A DNA stretch of 64,000 nucleotides, taken from contig OY760686.1 of the NCBI GenBank assembly GCA_963663865.1, positions 2,592,001 through 2,656,000 of the forward strand, written 5' to 3'. A program made the position numbers and the translations under genes. This stretch comes from Spirochaetota bacterium (lineage in GTDB: Bacteria; Spirochaetota; UBA4802; UBA5550). Of this stretch, positions 51,174-61,751 are shown in pieces; positions within the stretch are counted from its first letter, which is position 1, and each line of letters begins with the position of its first letter. The notes below the pieces were generated by a model that saw only the letters and a program-made list of their open reading frames with translations, was not told the DNA's origin and did no database searches.

Positions 51174-51872
51174 GTGGACGGTATGGCACTTATCAAGCTT
51201 TCAAAGGTATCCAGAATCTATGACGGCTCCTCAGTCCCCGTCAAAGCATTGAGCGGCATCAACCTTTCAGTAAACAGAGGAGAATTTACTTCAATAGTAG
51301 GTCCGTCCGGTTCAGGAAAAACAACCCTTCTTAACATTATTGGAGGTTTAGACACTCCGAGCTCCGGTACCGTTTTTATTGAAGGCACCGACATCTCCTC
51401 TTTTTCAGCCGGAAAGCTGGTCGAGTTCAGACTCAGACATATAGGTTTTGTATTTCAGGCATACAATCTGATTCCCGTTTTCACTGCCAGGGAGAATATC
51501 GAGTTCATAATGCTTCTGCAGGGACGTCCGGAGGCTGAAAGGCGGGCAAGGGCTATCGAGCTTCTGAAGGCTGTGGGACTGGCACGCCGTTCAGAGAGCA
51601 GGCCGGCAGAGCTTTCCGGGGGCGAACAGCAGCGAGTCGCCGTGGCCAGGGCTCTTGCTTCAAAGCCTTCGTTCATTCTTGCTGATGAGCCGACTGCCAA
51701 TCTTGACACAAAAACCGCATCATCTCTCCTTGACATCATGGAAGAACTTAACAGCAAAAGCGGTACTACTTTCATCTTCTCAACTCACGATCCGAGGGTA
51801 ATCGCGAGAGCTGGCCGTGTTATCACACTTCAGGACGGCAAAATAATTCACCCTGCAAAACGCAAAAAATGA
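51174..51872 (+). CDS. ABC ATP-binding protein (LolD/MacB-like)
   Basis: GPSGSGKT, LSGGEQQR, ADEPT; likely start ATG 51183. Confidence 0.95.
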   Translation: MDGMALIKLSKVSRIYDGSSVPVKALSGINLSVNRGEFTSIVGPSGSGKTTLLNIIGGLDTPSSGTVFIEGTDISSFSAGKLVEFRLRHIGFVFQAYNLIPVFTARENIEFIMLLQGRPEAERRARAIELLKAVGLARRSESRPAELSGGEQQRVAVARALASKPSFILADEPTANLDTKTASSLLDIMEELNSKSGTTFIFSTHDPRVIARAGRVITLQDGKIIHPAKRKK

Positions 51873-53035
51873 AAGCGGCCCCGATTCTGTTTTTACTTTT
51901 TTTTGCAGTCTCATCGCTCTCCGCTAATGCCGATACAGTCGAGCTTGGCGGAAACATAAAATACTTATTTTCCTATTCGGATATTAAAAAACCGGACAAT
52001 CAGTTCTACGACCACATCCTGCAGACCCGCGTCAATTTGCATATTTACCCCTCTGAAAACCTAAAAGCAGCGGTTGAGGGGCGGGTCAGAGGTTACTACG
52101 GCGACACAGTTGAAGCTGCTCCGAATTTCACTGAAAACCTGAGCCGCGGCAATGATTTTGTTGAGCTCGACAGGGTTCTTTACGACGGCGACAGTTCGTC
52201 CCTGCTTGCAGAAGTAGACAGGCTTTACGCCGATTGGACCCAGTGCAGTTTTCAACTGACTGCCGGCCGCCAGCGCATAGCCTGGGGCTCTTGCCTCGTA
52301 TGGAATCCCATCGACATTTTTAACCCGGCCTCCATCCTTGACTTCGATTACGAGGAGGGCCCATCGGTTGATTCATTGAGGCTCCAGTTCTACACCGGCC
52401 CCGTGTCAAGGATTGAAGCGGTCTACTCTCCCTCTGATTCTCCTGACAGGGCATCGGCGGCAGGCCTTGCCTCAATTAACTTTATGGATTATGATTTTAC
52501 TATCACCGCAGGTTCAAAAAAAAAGCGCTGGTTCGCCGGTGGGGGATGGGCCGGCGATGTTTACGGCGCGGGGTTCCGGGGCGAGATACTGGTTACTGAA
52601 AGCAGGAGAATTGAGCTGCCTCTTTTTGACACAACTTATGGCTCCACTAAACCGTCAGTAAGCGCCGCTGTCTCAGGCGACTATACGTACAGCTCATCGC
52701 TATACGTGCATACCGAGGTCCTTTACAACAGCGTTGGGACCTCGAATAACGCGGCCATATACTCAGAAGCCGCCGCTGAGCTCGGGCATCTCTCCGCCGA
52801 TAAATGGTCGGTCTATCAGGAATTCTCTTATGACTTCCACCCGCTTTTGCGGGGCAGCGTTTACGGAATATTCAAGCCGCTGGACCGTTCGCTTACGCTG
52901 GTTCCTTCATTAAACTACTCATTTATAACAAACCTGGATATTATGCTGCTCGCGATGTTCTTCCAGGGAGAAGAACTCTCAGAGTACGGTGACGGGCGGG
53001 CTCTCTACTACCTGAGACTGAAGTATTCCTTCTAA
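51869..53035 (+). CDS. Outer-membrane beta-barrel protein of the Lol-like operon
   Basis: Signal peptide, VDRLY...AGRQRIAWG...NPIDIFNP, C-terminal LKYSF. Confidence 0.8.
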   Translation: MKAAPILFLLFFAVSSLSANADTVELGGNIKYLFSYSDIKKPDNQFYDHILQTRVNLHIYPSENLKAAVEGRVRGYYGDTVEAAPNFTENLSRGNDFVELDRVLYDGDSSSLLAEVDRLYADWTQCSFQLTAGRQRIAWGSCLVWNPIDIFNPASILDFDYEEGPSVDSLRLQFYTGPVSRIEAVYSPSDSPDRASAAGLASINFMDYDFTITAGSKKKRWFAGGGWAGDVYGAGFRGEILVTESRRIELPLFDTTYGSTKPSVSAAVSGDYTYSSSLYVHTEVLYNSVGTSNNAAIYSEAAAELGHLSADKWSVYQEFSYDFHPLLRGSVYGIFKPLDRSLTLVPSLNYSFITNLDIMLLAMFFQGEELSEYGDGRALYYLRLKYSF

Positions 53036-55197
53036 GGCCGTCCTCCCTTTGACACAACCCTGTTTCGTCCTCCCCGCTTTGCCCTGTAAAGCCTGTTGTC
53101 CGCAAGGTTTATTATTGATTCAGCCGTAATTGTATCAGAATCAAATTCATTTGAAGTTGCGACCCCGCAGCTTGCGGTAAATGTGATATTCCTGCCCCTG
53201 TAATCTGCCGCTGAAGCCCTTACTTTATCAAGTATTCTTTCACAGAGTAATACGGCTGTATCTCTGTCTACACCGGAAACAGCTATTACAAATTCCTCTC
53301 CCCCGTAGCGGGCAGCAACATCATAGGGCCTCACTCCGCTTTTTAGTATAGAAGCGAATAGCTGAAGCACCGCATCACCCGCGGCGTGGCCGAAAGCGTC
53401 GTTAAGGTTCTTAAAGAAGTCTATATCAAATATTGCCACAGCAAAGGGCTTGCCTCCCCTTCTGTGGCTGTGAAGAATCTCCTCCATGCGTTTCATGAGA
53501 TACCTGCGGTTATTAAGTCCTGTCAACGGATCGGTTATGGATATTCTGACGAGTTCATCCTCAAGCCTCTTCCTCTTTAGAGAATCACCGAGGATATTTG
53601 CCATGACCTTCAAGTACGGAAGCTTCATCTCATCCCATAGCATTATCCTGTCCAGACACTCAAAGCCGAGAAACCCGGAAAGCCTGCCGTCAAGCAGAAC
53701 TGGAACACAGAGAATCGAACGGACACCCATTTGCCTCAGCATTTCACTGTCAGTCTTCGCTCCTGCCGGGGAATTGCAGGTATCCGGTATCTGTACATGC
53801 TTTCTTTTAATTAGTGCCGCACCGAGATAGGGGAACTCATCGACATATATCTTCTTCTTTTTCTGCACCGGACGCTTCATAATACCTGGAGCATTCCACT
53901 CATAGTAACTGTCAATAACAAGCGAATCGCTCTGCACATGGTTAAAATAGCAGCGGTCAACGCCGAAGAAATCACCGGCTCCGGCAACAAGGCCCTTTGC
54001 TTTCCTGGCGAAGTTGCCTGAAGAAACATTTATAAAGCTTGATGAAATTCCGGCGAGCAGTCTCTGTACCCCGGTCTGGAAAAGGAGCTCAGCCTCTGCC
54101 TGTTTCAGGGACGTAATATCCTGCACAATGCCTGCCGTATGGACTGGCTTTCCTGCTTCATCGTATTCAGTTCTGCTTCTCTCCCTGAACCACTTGAGCT
54201 TACCGGCAGGAGTGAGAAGCCTGTGCTCTATATCGTAAACCGAACCATCCCTTATTGAACCAAGCCACTTTCGGTTTACTTCATCTCTGTCATCAGGGTA
54301 AACCATGCCAAGAAAATCAGTGTAGCTCAGTGACTGTACTTTCTCAGGCAGCTCAAAGATTTCACTTACATTTTCACTCCAGACTATACTCTGGTCCCTG
54401 TGATAGTAGTCCCACCTTCCCATCTTTGCCATGCTGCCCGCCTCGACAAGCATCTGGCGGTTCTTTTCGAGATCGGCGGTCTCCTGCACCCTCTGAGTAA
54501 TGTCTCTTGCTGCAGCGTATATAATCTTTCCGTATGAGTTAGACCTCCACTCAAGATACCTGTACGAACCGTCAGCGCACCTGTATCTATTCACAAAGTT
54601 AAGTACCCTGTGCCTGTCCTTTAGTCTGGAAACAGCTTTAATTGTTGGTGCATAGTCCTCAGGGTGTACTAGATCCAGAAAGTTTATCTTCATTAGTTCT
54701 TCAAGCGTATACCCGGTAACACTTTCCCATTCACGATTTAGCTTGACAAACCAGCCGTTCATATCAGCAATACAAAGAAGGTCAAGGTTGACCTGAAAAA
54801 AACGTTCCAGTTCCTGTTCCTTCTCTTTCTCTGAGGTTATATCAACGAAAACCGTTATGAAGAAACCAGGCTCAGGAGAATAGGCATTTACCTTGTACCA
54901 CTTCCCCAGAGGCTCGAAATACTGCTCAAAGTCAATATTCTCTCCATAAACTGCGACCCTGCCGTAAACATCTATCCATTGAAACTCTGATTCTCCAATG
55001 CCCGGAATAATTTCGAGGGCTTTTTTCCCGCATACTGACTGAGCATTCAGACCGGTTATCCTCTCAAACTCGGAGTTAACCCTCAGTATTATGTAATCTG
55101 AGGGTCTACCCTGTTCATCAAATACAATCTGATGAAGAGCGTATGCAAACGGAGCCTTCTCAATGACTTCCATGTAATTCAGATCATCCACAGACAA
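53032..55197 (-). CDS. PAS-PAS-PAS-GAF diguanylate cyclase
   Basis: Three PAS segments, GAF, DPLTGL, DIDFFK, RPYD I-site, GGEEF. Confidence 0.93.
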   Translation of the reverse strand: MSVDDLNYMEVIEKAPFAYALHQIVFDEQGRPSDYIILRVNSEFERITGLNAQSVCGKKALEIIPGIGESEFQWIDVYGRVAVYGENIDFEQYFEPLGKWYKVNAYSPEPGFFITVFVDITSEKEKEQELERFFQVNLDLLCIADMNGWFVKLNREWESVTGYTLEELMKINFLDLVHPEDYAPTIKAVSRLKDRHRVLNFVNRYRCADGSYRYLEWRSNSYGKIIYAAARDITQRVQETADLEKNRQMLVEAGSMAKMGRWDYYHRDQSIVWSENVSEIFELPEKVQSLSYTDFLGMVYPDDRDEVNRKWLGSIRDGSVYDIEHRLLTPAGKLKWFRERSRTEYDEAGKPVHTAGIVQDITSLKQAEAELLFQTGVQRLLAGISSSFINVSSGNFARKAKGLVAGAGDFFGVDRCYFNHVQSDSLVIDSYYEWNAPGIMKRPVQKKKKIYVDEFPYLGAALIKRKHVQIPDTCNSPAGAKTDSEMLRQMGVRSILCVPVLLDGRLSGFLGFECLDRIMLWDEMKLPYLKVMANILGDSLKRKRLEDELVRISITDPLTGLNNRRYLMKRMEEILHSHRRGGKPFAVAIFDIDFFKNLNDAFGHAAGDAVLQLFASILKSGVRPYDVAARYGGEEFVIAVSGVDRDTAVLLCERILDKVRASAADYRGRNITFTASCGVATSNEFDSDTITAESIINLADNRLYRAKRGGRNRVVSKGGRP

Positions 55198-55361
55198 ACT
55201 TCTCCTGGGGAAAGATTAAGCGAATTATTAACATTATAGTTCTGTATTGTATCAGGTAAAGCGGCAAAAAGCAAGAAAAATGAGGAAGCAGCCGGGGAAC
55301 AGTCACAAAACTCTGTCTAACCCGGCCGCATTTTAATTATAAGCCTATTAAGGGGCTTTAA

Positions 55362-56612
55362 TCAAAGATCGGAAAAGTCAAGTGTTGCAAAATAGTCATC
55401 TATTGTTTCAGCGCGGCGAATCCGGACAACTGAACCGTCCTCTTTGAGAAGCAGCTCCGCCGACCTCAGCTTACCGTTGTAATTAAAACCCATCGCGTGG
55501 CCGTGCGCGCCTGCATCGTGAATAACAACAATATCGCCTATCTCCATTTCCGGGAGTTTTCTGTCTATGGCGAACTTATCGTTGTTCTCACATAGCGAAC
55601 CGGTGACATCACAGACTTTTACAGCCGGAGCGTCTTCCTTTCCGGCGACGGTGATATGATGGTACGCGCCATAGAGAGCCGGCCTCATCAGATGTGCCAT
55701 GCATGCGTCAAGCCCTACGTACTCCTTATATGTGCTTTTTTTATGCAGCACGCTGCTCACCAGATAACCGTAGGGTCCGGTTATCATACGGCCGCTTTCC
55801 ATGAAAATCTTTAAAGGTTGAAGTCCCGCCTTTACGATCATCTCTTCGTAAGCCTTCCGAATCTCTTCGCCGACATACTCGATATTGACCGGCTCCTGCT
55901 CGGGCCTGTAAGGAATACCGAAACCTCCGCCAAGGTTTACAAACTCAAAGCTGATCTCAAGTTTATTTGATATCTCTGCAACAAGCTCAAAAAGCATTTT
56001 AGCTGTATCGACAAAGTAATCATTATCAAGCTCGTTAGATGCAATCATGGTATGAAGTCCGAAGCGCGTCACCCCACAGTCACGCAGCTTTTTATATCCT
56101 TCAAAAAGCTGGTCGCGGGTAAAGCCATACTTGGCCTCTTCGGGCTTTCCAATTATGTGATTACCGCCTCTTAAAGGCCCGGGATTATATCTGAAGCAGC
56201 CTATCCGGGGTTTTCCCGCGTTTTCAATCAGAAAATCAATGTGTGATATGTCGTCAAGATTGATTATCGCACCCAGCTCCATAGCCTTTATATATTCAGA
56301 TGCAGGTGTATCGTTGGAAGTAAACATGATGTACTCGCCTGATATCCCGGTTTTTTCGGAAAGCAGAAGTTCCGGAAGCGAGCTGCAGTCCGCTCCAAAG
56401 CCCTCTTCCTTCAGGAGCTTCATCAGATACGGATTTGGCGCTGCCTTTACCGCAAAAAACTCCCTGAATTCAGGGGCCCATGAAAAAGCTTTAACCAGAC
56501 GCCGTGCATTTTCTCTTATTGCCTTTTCATCATAAATGTGAAATGGGGTGGGATATTTTCTTATTATATCTTTAAGCTGCTCAATTGTAAAAGGTAGTTT
56601 CTTTTCTGCCAT
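55362..56612 (-). CDS. lysA: Diaminopimelate decarboxylase
   Basis: TPFHIYDE, FFAVKA (PLP Lys), NLGGGFG, ESGR, CENND, HGHAMGFNYNG; start 56612 with AAGGAG SD. Confidence 0.93.
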   Translation of the reverse strand: MAEKKLPFTIEQLKDIIRKYPTPFHIYDEKAIRENARRLVKAFSWAPEFREFFAVKAAPNPYLMKLLKEEGFGADCSSLPELLLSEKTGISGEYIMFTSNDTPASEYIKAMELGAIINLDDISHIDFLIENAGKPRIGCFRYNPGPLRGGNHIIGKPEEAKYGFTRDQLFEGYKKLRDCGVTRFGLHTMIASNELDNDYFVDTAKMLFELVAEISNKLEISFEFVNLGGGFGIPYRPEQEPVNIEYVGEEIRKAYEEMIVKAGLQPLKIFMESGRMITGPYGYLVSSVLHKKSTYKEYVGLDACMAHLMRPALYGAYHHITVAGKEDAPAVKVCDVTGSLCENNDKFAIDRKLPEMEIGDIVVIHDAGAHGHAMGFNYNGKLRSAELLLKEDGSVVRIRRAETIDDYFATLDFSDL

Positions 56613-56799
56613 GATTCTCTCCTTGTATGTATTTTCAGGCAAACGCCAATGCTATATTAACCGATAATCGGGATTATTAAGCTGAACCGGTTAAGTCCGA
56701 TTTAAAATCATCATTCCCTTGCCTGACTCATATAGAAGGGAAAATATGGAGGATATGTGTCAACCAATTAACAGCTTGAGGCTTTGAAATGTTGCAGGA

Positions 56800-57210
56800 T
56801 TAAAACAGTTTTGCAATACGGTTCGGATCATTATCCTTCTCCGGTACATAATCCCACATTGGACCGGGGGATTTATGTTTTATAACATCTTTGTTTATTA
56901 CTCTTAGTAAAATAAAAAAAGGAGAAAGAAGCGTATAAAAGGCGGCTGCAAAAACAAAGTACAAAATTGTATTACCCAGATATCTTAACAGCGTATTCAC
57001 AAGAATATAAGTGAATAAGAGCAGCCTGGGATATAGAACAGCAAAGAGCAGGTGAAAAACAATGACTGCGGCAAGTGCAATTCGTAGAATACTCGGATAA
57101 TCTCTGATATATGCAACGGCTGAAAGCAGCAGCATTCCAGCTGCGAAAGAAAAACCGAACAGCCTGAGCTCCCTGATGGTCTTCAATCCTTTATATGACT
57201 TTTCTTCCAT
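56800..57210 (-). CDS. SxtJ-like membrane protein
   Basis: ELRLFG N-terminus, TM helices, YPRLL...FYTLLSPF; overlaps the end of the carbamoyltransferase. Confidence 0.75.
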   Translation of the reverse strand: MEEKSYKGLKTIRELRLFGFSFAAGMLLLSAVAYIRDYPSILRIALAAVIVFHLLFAVLYPRLLLFTYILVNTLLRYLGNTILYFVFAAAFYTLLSPFFILLRVINKDVIKHKSPGPMWDYVPEKDNDPNRIAKLF

Positions 57211-59003
57211 TCCTCAATCCCTCTATTCACCGGCTGCTCATCTTTAAACAGTATATAATTCCCCATGACAAGCACATCAATATGTGTTCCCATAAAACAC
57301 ATATAAGCATCAGCTGGAGAATTTACAACTGGCTCGCCTCTCACATTAAACGAAGTGTTAATTAAAACAGGACATCCAGTGAGCTTATAAAACTCCTTCA
57401 ACAGGCCGTAAAAGACCGGGTTCTCTTTTTCTGACACGGTCTGGATTCTCGCTGAACCGTCAACATGTGTAACAGCAGGTATAACTGAGCGCCGTACTTT
57501 TAGAAGTTCGATCCAGGTTTTTCCAGTACAGTCAGCATCAACGAGTTTATCCTTTATTACCCCTGCTGTAAAAAGCATATACGGTGAGGGGCTATTAATA
57601 TCAAAATAATCTGAAACATGTTCCTCAAGGATGGAGGGAGCAAACGGCCTGAACGATTCACGGAATTTTATTTTCAAATTCATAACCGACTGCATTTCAG
57701 TTGACCGAGCATCACCAAGAATTGACCTGTTTCCAAGAGCACGCGGGCCGAATTCAGACCTTCCCTGGAACCAGCCAACCACCTTTTGAGAATCAATAAG
57801 CCTCGCTGTTTCCTCATATACTTCCTGGAGCTCCATCCTTCTATAAACCGCTTTGAATGAATCAAGAGCTGACTTAATGTCATCATCAGTATAATCAGGC
57901 CCAAGATAAGATCCTTTTTGAAAATCATGCACACCGTCCGCAGACCGTGATTTATTAAGGTAGCAGTAATAGGCATACATAGCGGCTCCGAGTGAGCCGC
58001 CGGCATCTCCGGAAGCAGGCTGAACCCATATCGAATCATAACCTGATTCCTTAAGTATTCTCCTGTTGCTGACACAGTTTAGCCCGACACCTCCCGCAAT
58101 GCATAGATTGCTTTCTCCGGTCAACCGCCTCGCATACGATGCCATCTTAACCAGAATTTCACTTATTAATTCCTGAACAGAGGAAGCAACATCCATATAA
58201 AACTGATCCGGCACCATATCAGCCTTGAGGGCCGGTCTTCCGAAGAGCTTCTCAAAGCGTCTATTAATCATACGCAACCCGGAAATATAGCCGAAATAAC
58301 GTTCATTAAGAAGAAACGAGCCATCCTCAGAAACATTGACAAGTTCACGTTTAATCAAATCAAGGTAAACAGGACGGCCGTATGGCGCCAGCCCCATAAG
58401 CTTGTACTCACCGGAGTTCACTCTGAAACCGCAATAATATGTAAAGGCTGAATACAAAAGTCCTATAGAGTGAGGGAAGCTGATTTTTTTCATCATCTTA
58501 ATTGAGTTTCCGTCTCCCTTTCCGATCATTGTGGTTGTCCACTCTCCGGCCCCGTCAACAGTCAGAATTGCCGCTTTCTCATAGGGGGATGGCAAAAAGG
58601 CTGAAGCTGCATGGGACTGATGATGTTCTGTAAACAATATCAGCTTCGAGGAATCCTTTAAACCAAGCTCGTTTCTTATTGTGCTTTCAACCCAGAGTTT
58701 ATCTTTAAGCCATGCGGGCACAGCTTTGAGAAACGATCGGATACCCTTAGGAGCTGTGTGGATATAGCTTGCCAGTATTCTGTCGAACTTGAGTACAGGT
58801 TTATCATAAAAAACAATGTGATCAACTTCTTCAATAGTTATACCGGCTGAACTGAGGCAGTAACTAATCGCTCTCGAAGGAAACGAAGAATCCCCCTTGA
58901 TCCTCGAAAATCGTTCCTCCTGGACGGCTGCAAGAATCACCCCTTCCTTTATTAACGCCGACGCCGAATCATGATAAAAAGCAGAAATCCCTAAAATGTA
59001 CAA
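57183..59003 (-). CDS. O-carbamoyltransferase (NodU/CmcH/SxtI family)
   Basis: ILGISAFYHDSA, QEERF, EHHQSHAASAF, GEYKLMGLAPYG, GPRALGNRSI, NTSFNVRGEP; likely TTG start at 59003. Confidence 0.96.
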   Translation of the reverse strand: MYILGISAFYHDSASALIKEGVILAAVQEERFSRIKGDSSFPSRAISYCLSSAGITIEEVDHIVFYDKPVLKFDRILASYIHTAPKGIRSFLKAVPAWLKDKLWVESTIRNELGLKDSSKLILFTEHHQSHAASAFLPSPYEKAAILTVDGAGEWTTTMIGKGDGNSIKMMKKISFPHSIGLLYSAFTYYCGFRVNSGEYKLMGLAPYGRPVYLDLIKRELVNVSEDGSFLLNERYFGYISGLRMINRRFEKLFGRPALKADMVPDQFYMDVASSVQELISEILVKMASYARRLTGESNLCIAGGVGLNCVSNRRILKESGYDSIWVQPASGDAGGSLGAAMYAYYCYLNKSRSADGVHDFQKGSYLGPDYTDDDIKSALDSFKAVYRRMELQEVYEETARLIDSQKVVGWFQGRSEFGPRALGNRSILGDARSTEMQSVMNLKIKFRESFRPFAPSILEEHVSDYFDINSPSPYMLFTAGVIKDKLVDADCTGKTWIELLKVRRSVIPAVTHVDGSARIQTVSEKENPVFYGLLKEFYKLTGCPVLINTSFNVRGEPVVNSPADAYMCFMGTHIDVLVMGNYILFKDEQPVNRGIEEWKKSHIKD

Positions 59004-59013
59004 TTCCTTAACC

Positions 59014-59172
59014 CTAGAAAAGAGAGTAAATAAACGGAGCAACCGCGTTAGACTGCGAAACCAGAATGGCGACTGCGATTACGCCGAGCACAATAAATAC
59101 TGGAAGGAGCCATAGCTTTTTGTTTTCTTTTACATATTCCACGAATTCTTTCATTAGTCTCATCTTAGACAT
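59014..59172 (-). CDS. SxtK-like / DUF5989 small membrane protein (not in ORF track)
   Basis: MSKMRLMKEFVEYVKENKKLWLLPVFIVLGVIAVAILVSQSNAVAPFIYSLF; KKxWLxP and APFIYxLF signature. Confidence 0.88.
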   Translation of the reverse strand: MSKMRLMKEFVEYVKENKKLWLLPVFIVLGVIAVAILVSQSNAVAPFIYSLF

Positions 59173-59181
59173 ATACTAACC

Positions 59182-61002
59182 TCATTCCCCCGGTTTCCCA
59201 TATCTCGTATTTATTTGATTAAGAACACGGTACATTTTATGGTATTTGAGATATTGACTCATTTCCAGGTAAAGATCCTCCCTCTTCCCGGATAATAAAT
59301 ATGCATGAATATATAACTCAACAACATTCATTCCCGAAAAAGGAGTCTGGCTGCTGTAATAAGCAAGTTTCCTCAATTGGTCAACGTCACCAACATATTG
59401 CTGATAATATGAGCGAAAGTATTCCGCCACCTTCGGCTTGTCCTTTTTGTTTATGTAGTGAAGAACGACAGAACCAAAAGGGATTTTAAAATCTCCCGAT
59501 TTAGGTATAAGCTTACTCAGCTCTCTGGTTTTAAGAATATCATTCCCAATCAATTTTTTTTGATAATCAAATAACTGATAGGGATTCATCATTTGGGAAA
59601 AAGGAGGACGTTTAAGCAGCCTGTTGACCTGCAGGTACGGAACAAGCTCATCCAGATCGGTAAAATGAATACCTTTCCTAACTTCAGCTATATTTTTAAA
59701 ATATGAAGTAATCTTTTTCCTGTAGACATCCTCAACTTGAAAGACATCGAAAATTTTCTCTGCAAGAATTCCTGCAAGTACTCTCTGTCCCTCATGATTA
59801 AAGTGCAAGTGATCAATAAAAATCTTATTGCCGAATGCGTTAACACCAAGAATTTTCTCAAAAATATTTGATGTGTTAATTAAATAAAAATTATCGGGTT
59901 TTGTTTTACTTTTTCCATATTTGAGTAAAGATTTAGCGAAAACACTCCTCGCCCTGAAAGGTGCAATATCAAGATCTTTTGCCTCAATGAGCTTATTTAT
60001 TTGGGAAGTCCCTTCCAGAATCTTTACCGCTATTGCGTTCAAGTAGACAATATTTGCGTTTTTCCCGTATTCCTCTCCTTCTCCCTTTGCAAGAAATTCT
60101 TTGATTTTCTTTTTACTATTACTTTTAATTGCACTTATATATTCCTTAATAAAAACACTAAACTGCTTATCATCCTTGCCCGCAAAAGGAGGCATATCAA
60201 GATAATTTGATACCGGTTCAAACACTATAACAGGAATTTTTTTATCTTCGGCTGCCCTGACAACAGCATCAATATTTGCAATAAAATCAGATGCAGCTTC
60301 CTTATCTGTAGTCAAATCGCTTTCGATTCGTACATTGCTAAACCGCTCCTCCATAAACGTTGTATGTTCATTCATATCCCCGCTTCCGGCTTTACGATCT
60401 TGTTCAAAAAGCCCGTAAAGAAACTGAAATATTTTCAACTCCTTTACCTTGAGGCTTAACAGTCTCAGGTTATGCCACCCGGAGGTCGTCTGACTTATCG
60501 TTCCATAGTATTCATTGTGACCGGAATAAAGAGCAATAAAATCAGGCGAATAATCCAAAGCCTTGATGGCTGCATCTCTTACGTAATAACTGCTCATCGC
60601 GGCATAACCGAGGTTTACAATCTGAACGTCTTTATATTTCCCGGTTGATTTCAGAGCTGCCTCAGTGATCTTGCTGAAAGATTGATTAGATTTATATGGA
60701 TATCCTTCTGCCGTTGAACCGCCGATCACAATACCTCTTAACATTCCGGCTTCTTTCTCAGCTTTGAATATATTTTTTATCTGTCCGGCTTTATATGGTA
60801 TTTTGGAACCATAGTATTTTATTAAAAAATCGGGATTATCTACATAAACTTCCTGCATATCAGGAAGTTTAACAAAAGGCTCAGTATCATATCCGTAATC
60901 AAAAAGACGCAAAACAGCCTCGACTGTTAACAGCAACAACAGTATTCCCGCAAGAAATACAATATTAAAATAGAATTTTTTCAAAAATGAATACTCAGCC
61001 AT
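59182..61002 (-). CDS. Membrane-anchored SGNH/GDSL hydrolase-like protein
   Basis: N-terminal TM, GGSTAEG (block I), NLG, YSGHNE (block III), DHLH (block V). Confidence 0.85.
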   Translation of the reverse strand: MAEYSFLKKFYFNIVFLAGILLLLLTVEAVLRLFDYGYDTEPFVKLPDMQEVYVDNPDFLIKYYGSKIPYKAGQIKNIFKAEKEAGMLRGIVIGGSTAEGYPYKSNQSFSKITEAALKSTGKYKDVQIVNLGYAAMSSYYVRDAAIKALDYSPDFIALYSGHNEYYGTISQTTSGWHNLRLLSLKVKELKIFQFLYGLFEQDRKAGSGDMNEHTTFMEERFSNVRIESDLTTDKEAASDFIANIDAVVRAAEDKKIPVIVFEPVSNYLDMPPFAGKDDKQFSVFIKEYISAIKSNSKKKIKEFLAKGEGEEYGKNANIVYLNAIAVKILEGTSQINKLIEAKDLDIAPFRARSVFAKSLLKYGKSKTKPDNFYLINTSNIFEKILGVNAFGNKIFIDHLHFNHEGQRVLAGILAEKIFDVFQVEDVYRKKITSYFKNIAEVRKGIHFTDLDELVPYLQVNRLLKRPPFSQMMNPYQLFDYQKKLIGNDILKTRELSKLIPKSGDFKIPFGSVVLHYINKKDKPKVAEYFRSYYQQYVGDVDQLRKLAYYSSQTPFSGMNVVELYIHAYLLSGKREDLYLEMSQYLKYHKMYRVLNQINTRYGKPGE

Positions 61003-61194
61003 TTCGAAATCACCTTGATTTTCCCGAATAATCAGAAATTATTTTTTACAGCCCCAATACAAAGAATTCATAAAACATAGGAAATTTAAATCAAGTACAT
61101 TTTAACTCCAATAATTGTGAATTAAGTTTTTAACAATATAACCCATGTCATCCCAGGCGACTGGACTGAACCCTTAAAACTGTTGTGACAAAGG

Positions 61195-61682
61195 TCTCTT
61201 CCCACTTTTCTTATAGAAATAAAATTGTGAAAAGAAATAGTTGTCAATGTTCCGGCCTTCGGCTTCCCGACTCATCTTGTAATCCGCGAGCGCTGCGTGT
61301 CACGGTGAGGTAAGCCGCCCAAATTGGGCGGCTCTACCGGGTGCAGGAAGCTAATGTCGGTTGAATCAATATGATGCGGAATTAAGAAACTGCAGGCACA
61401 TTGCTTCAAAAGCTCAACCAGTGCGATTTGCAATGAGGCAAATCGCCCGGGCGCCTTTTCATCAGGATGATGATAAAGGCGTTGAAACAGTTTGGTAACA
61501 GCGACAGCCAAGCCTTTCCGGCGCCTGAGGAACGGCTTTTTCCCGCCGCTTTTTGGCCGGTCAAAAAGCGGCAAAAGAAGTGCCTCGCTCTCAGCGTGAA
61601 AAAGACAGGCAGGCTCCCTGCCATTAAACGCGTGTCGCACAACACAGCGTCGAAAGAAAACCCCGTGCGCTCCGCACAAAAA
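61195..61682. repeat. Structured intergenic repeat, copy 2 (inverted relative to copy 1)
   Basis: 61284-61344 and 61580-61622 are near reverse complements of 45237-45298 and 44845-44886. Confidence 0.8.
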
Positions 61683-61718
61683 GGAGCCATGTTTCGTTAT
61701 TCCATCTTTTATAGTCCA

Positions 61719-61751
61719 ATATCGTTCGTTTATGGTCCTATATCGTTCGTT
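61719..61751 (+). promoter_or_regulatory. Direct-repeat operator candidate (LytTR-like spacing)
   Basis: ATATCGTTCGTT twice with a 21-bp period. Confidence 0.45.
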
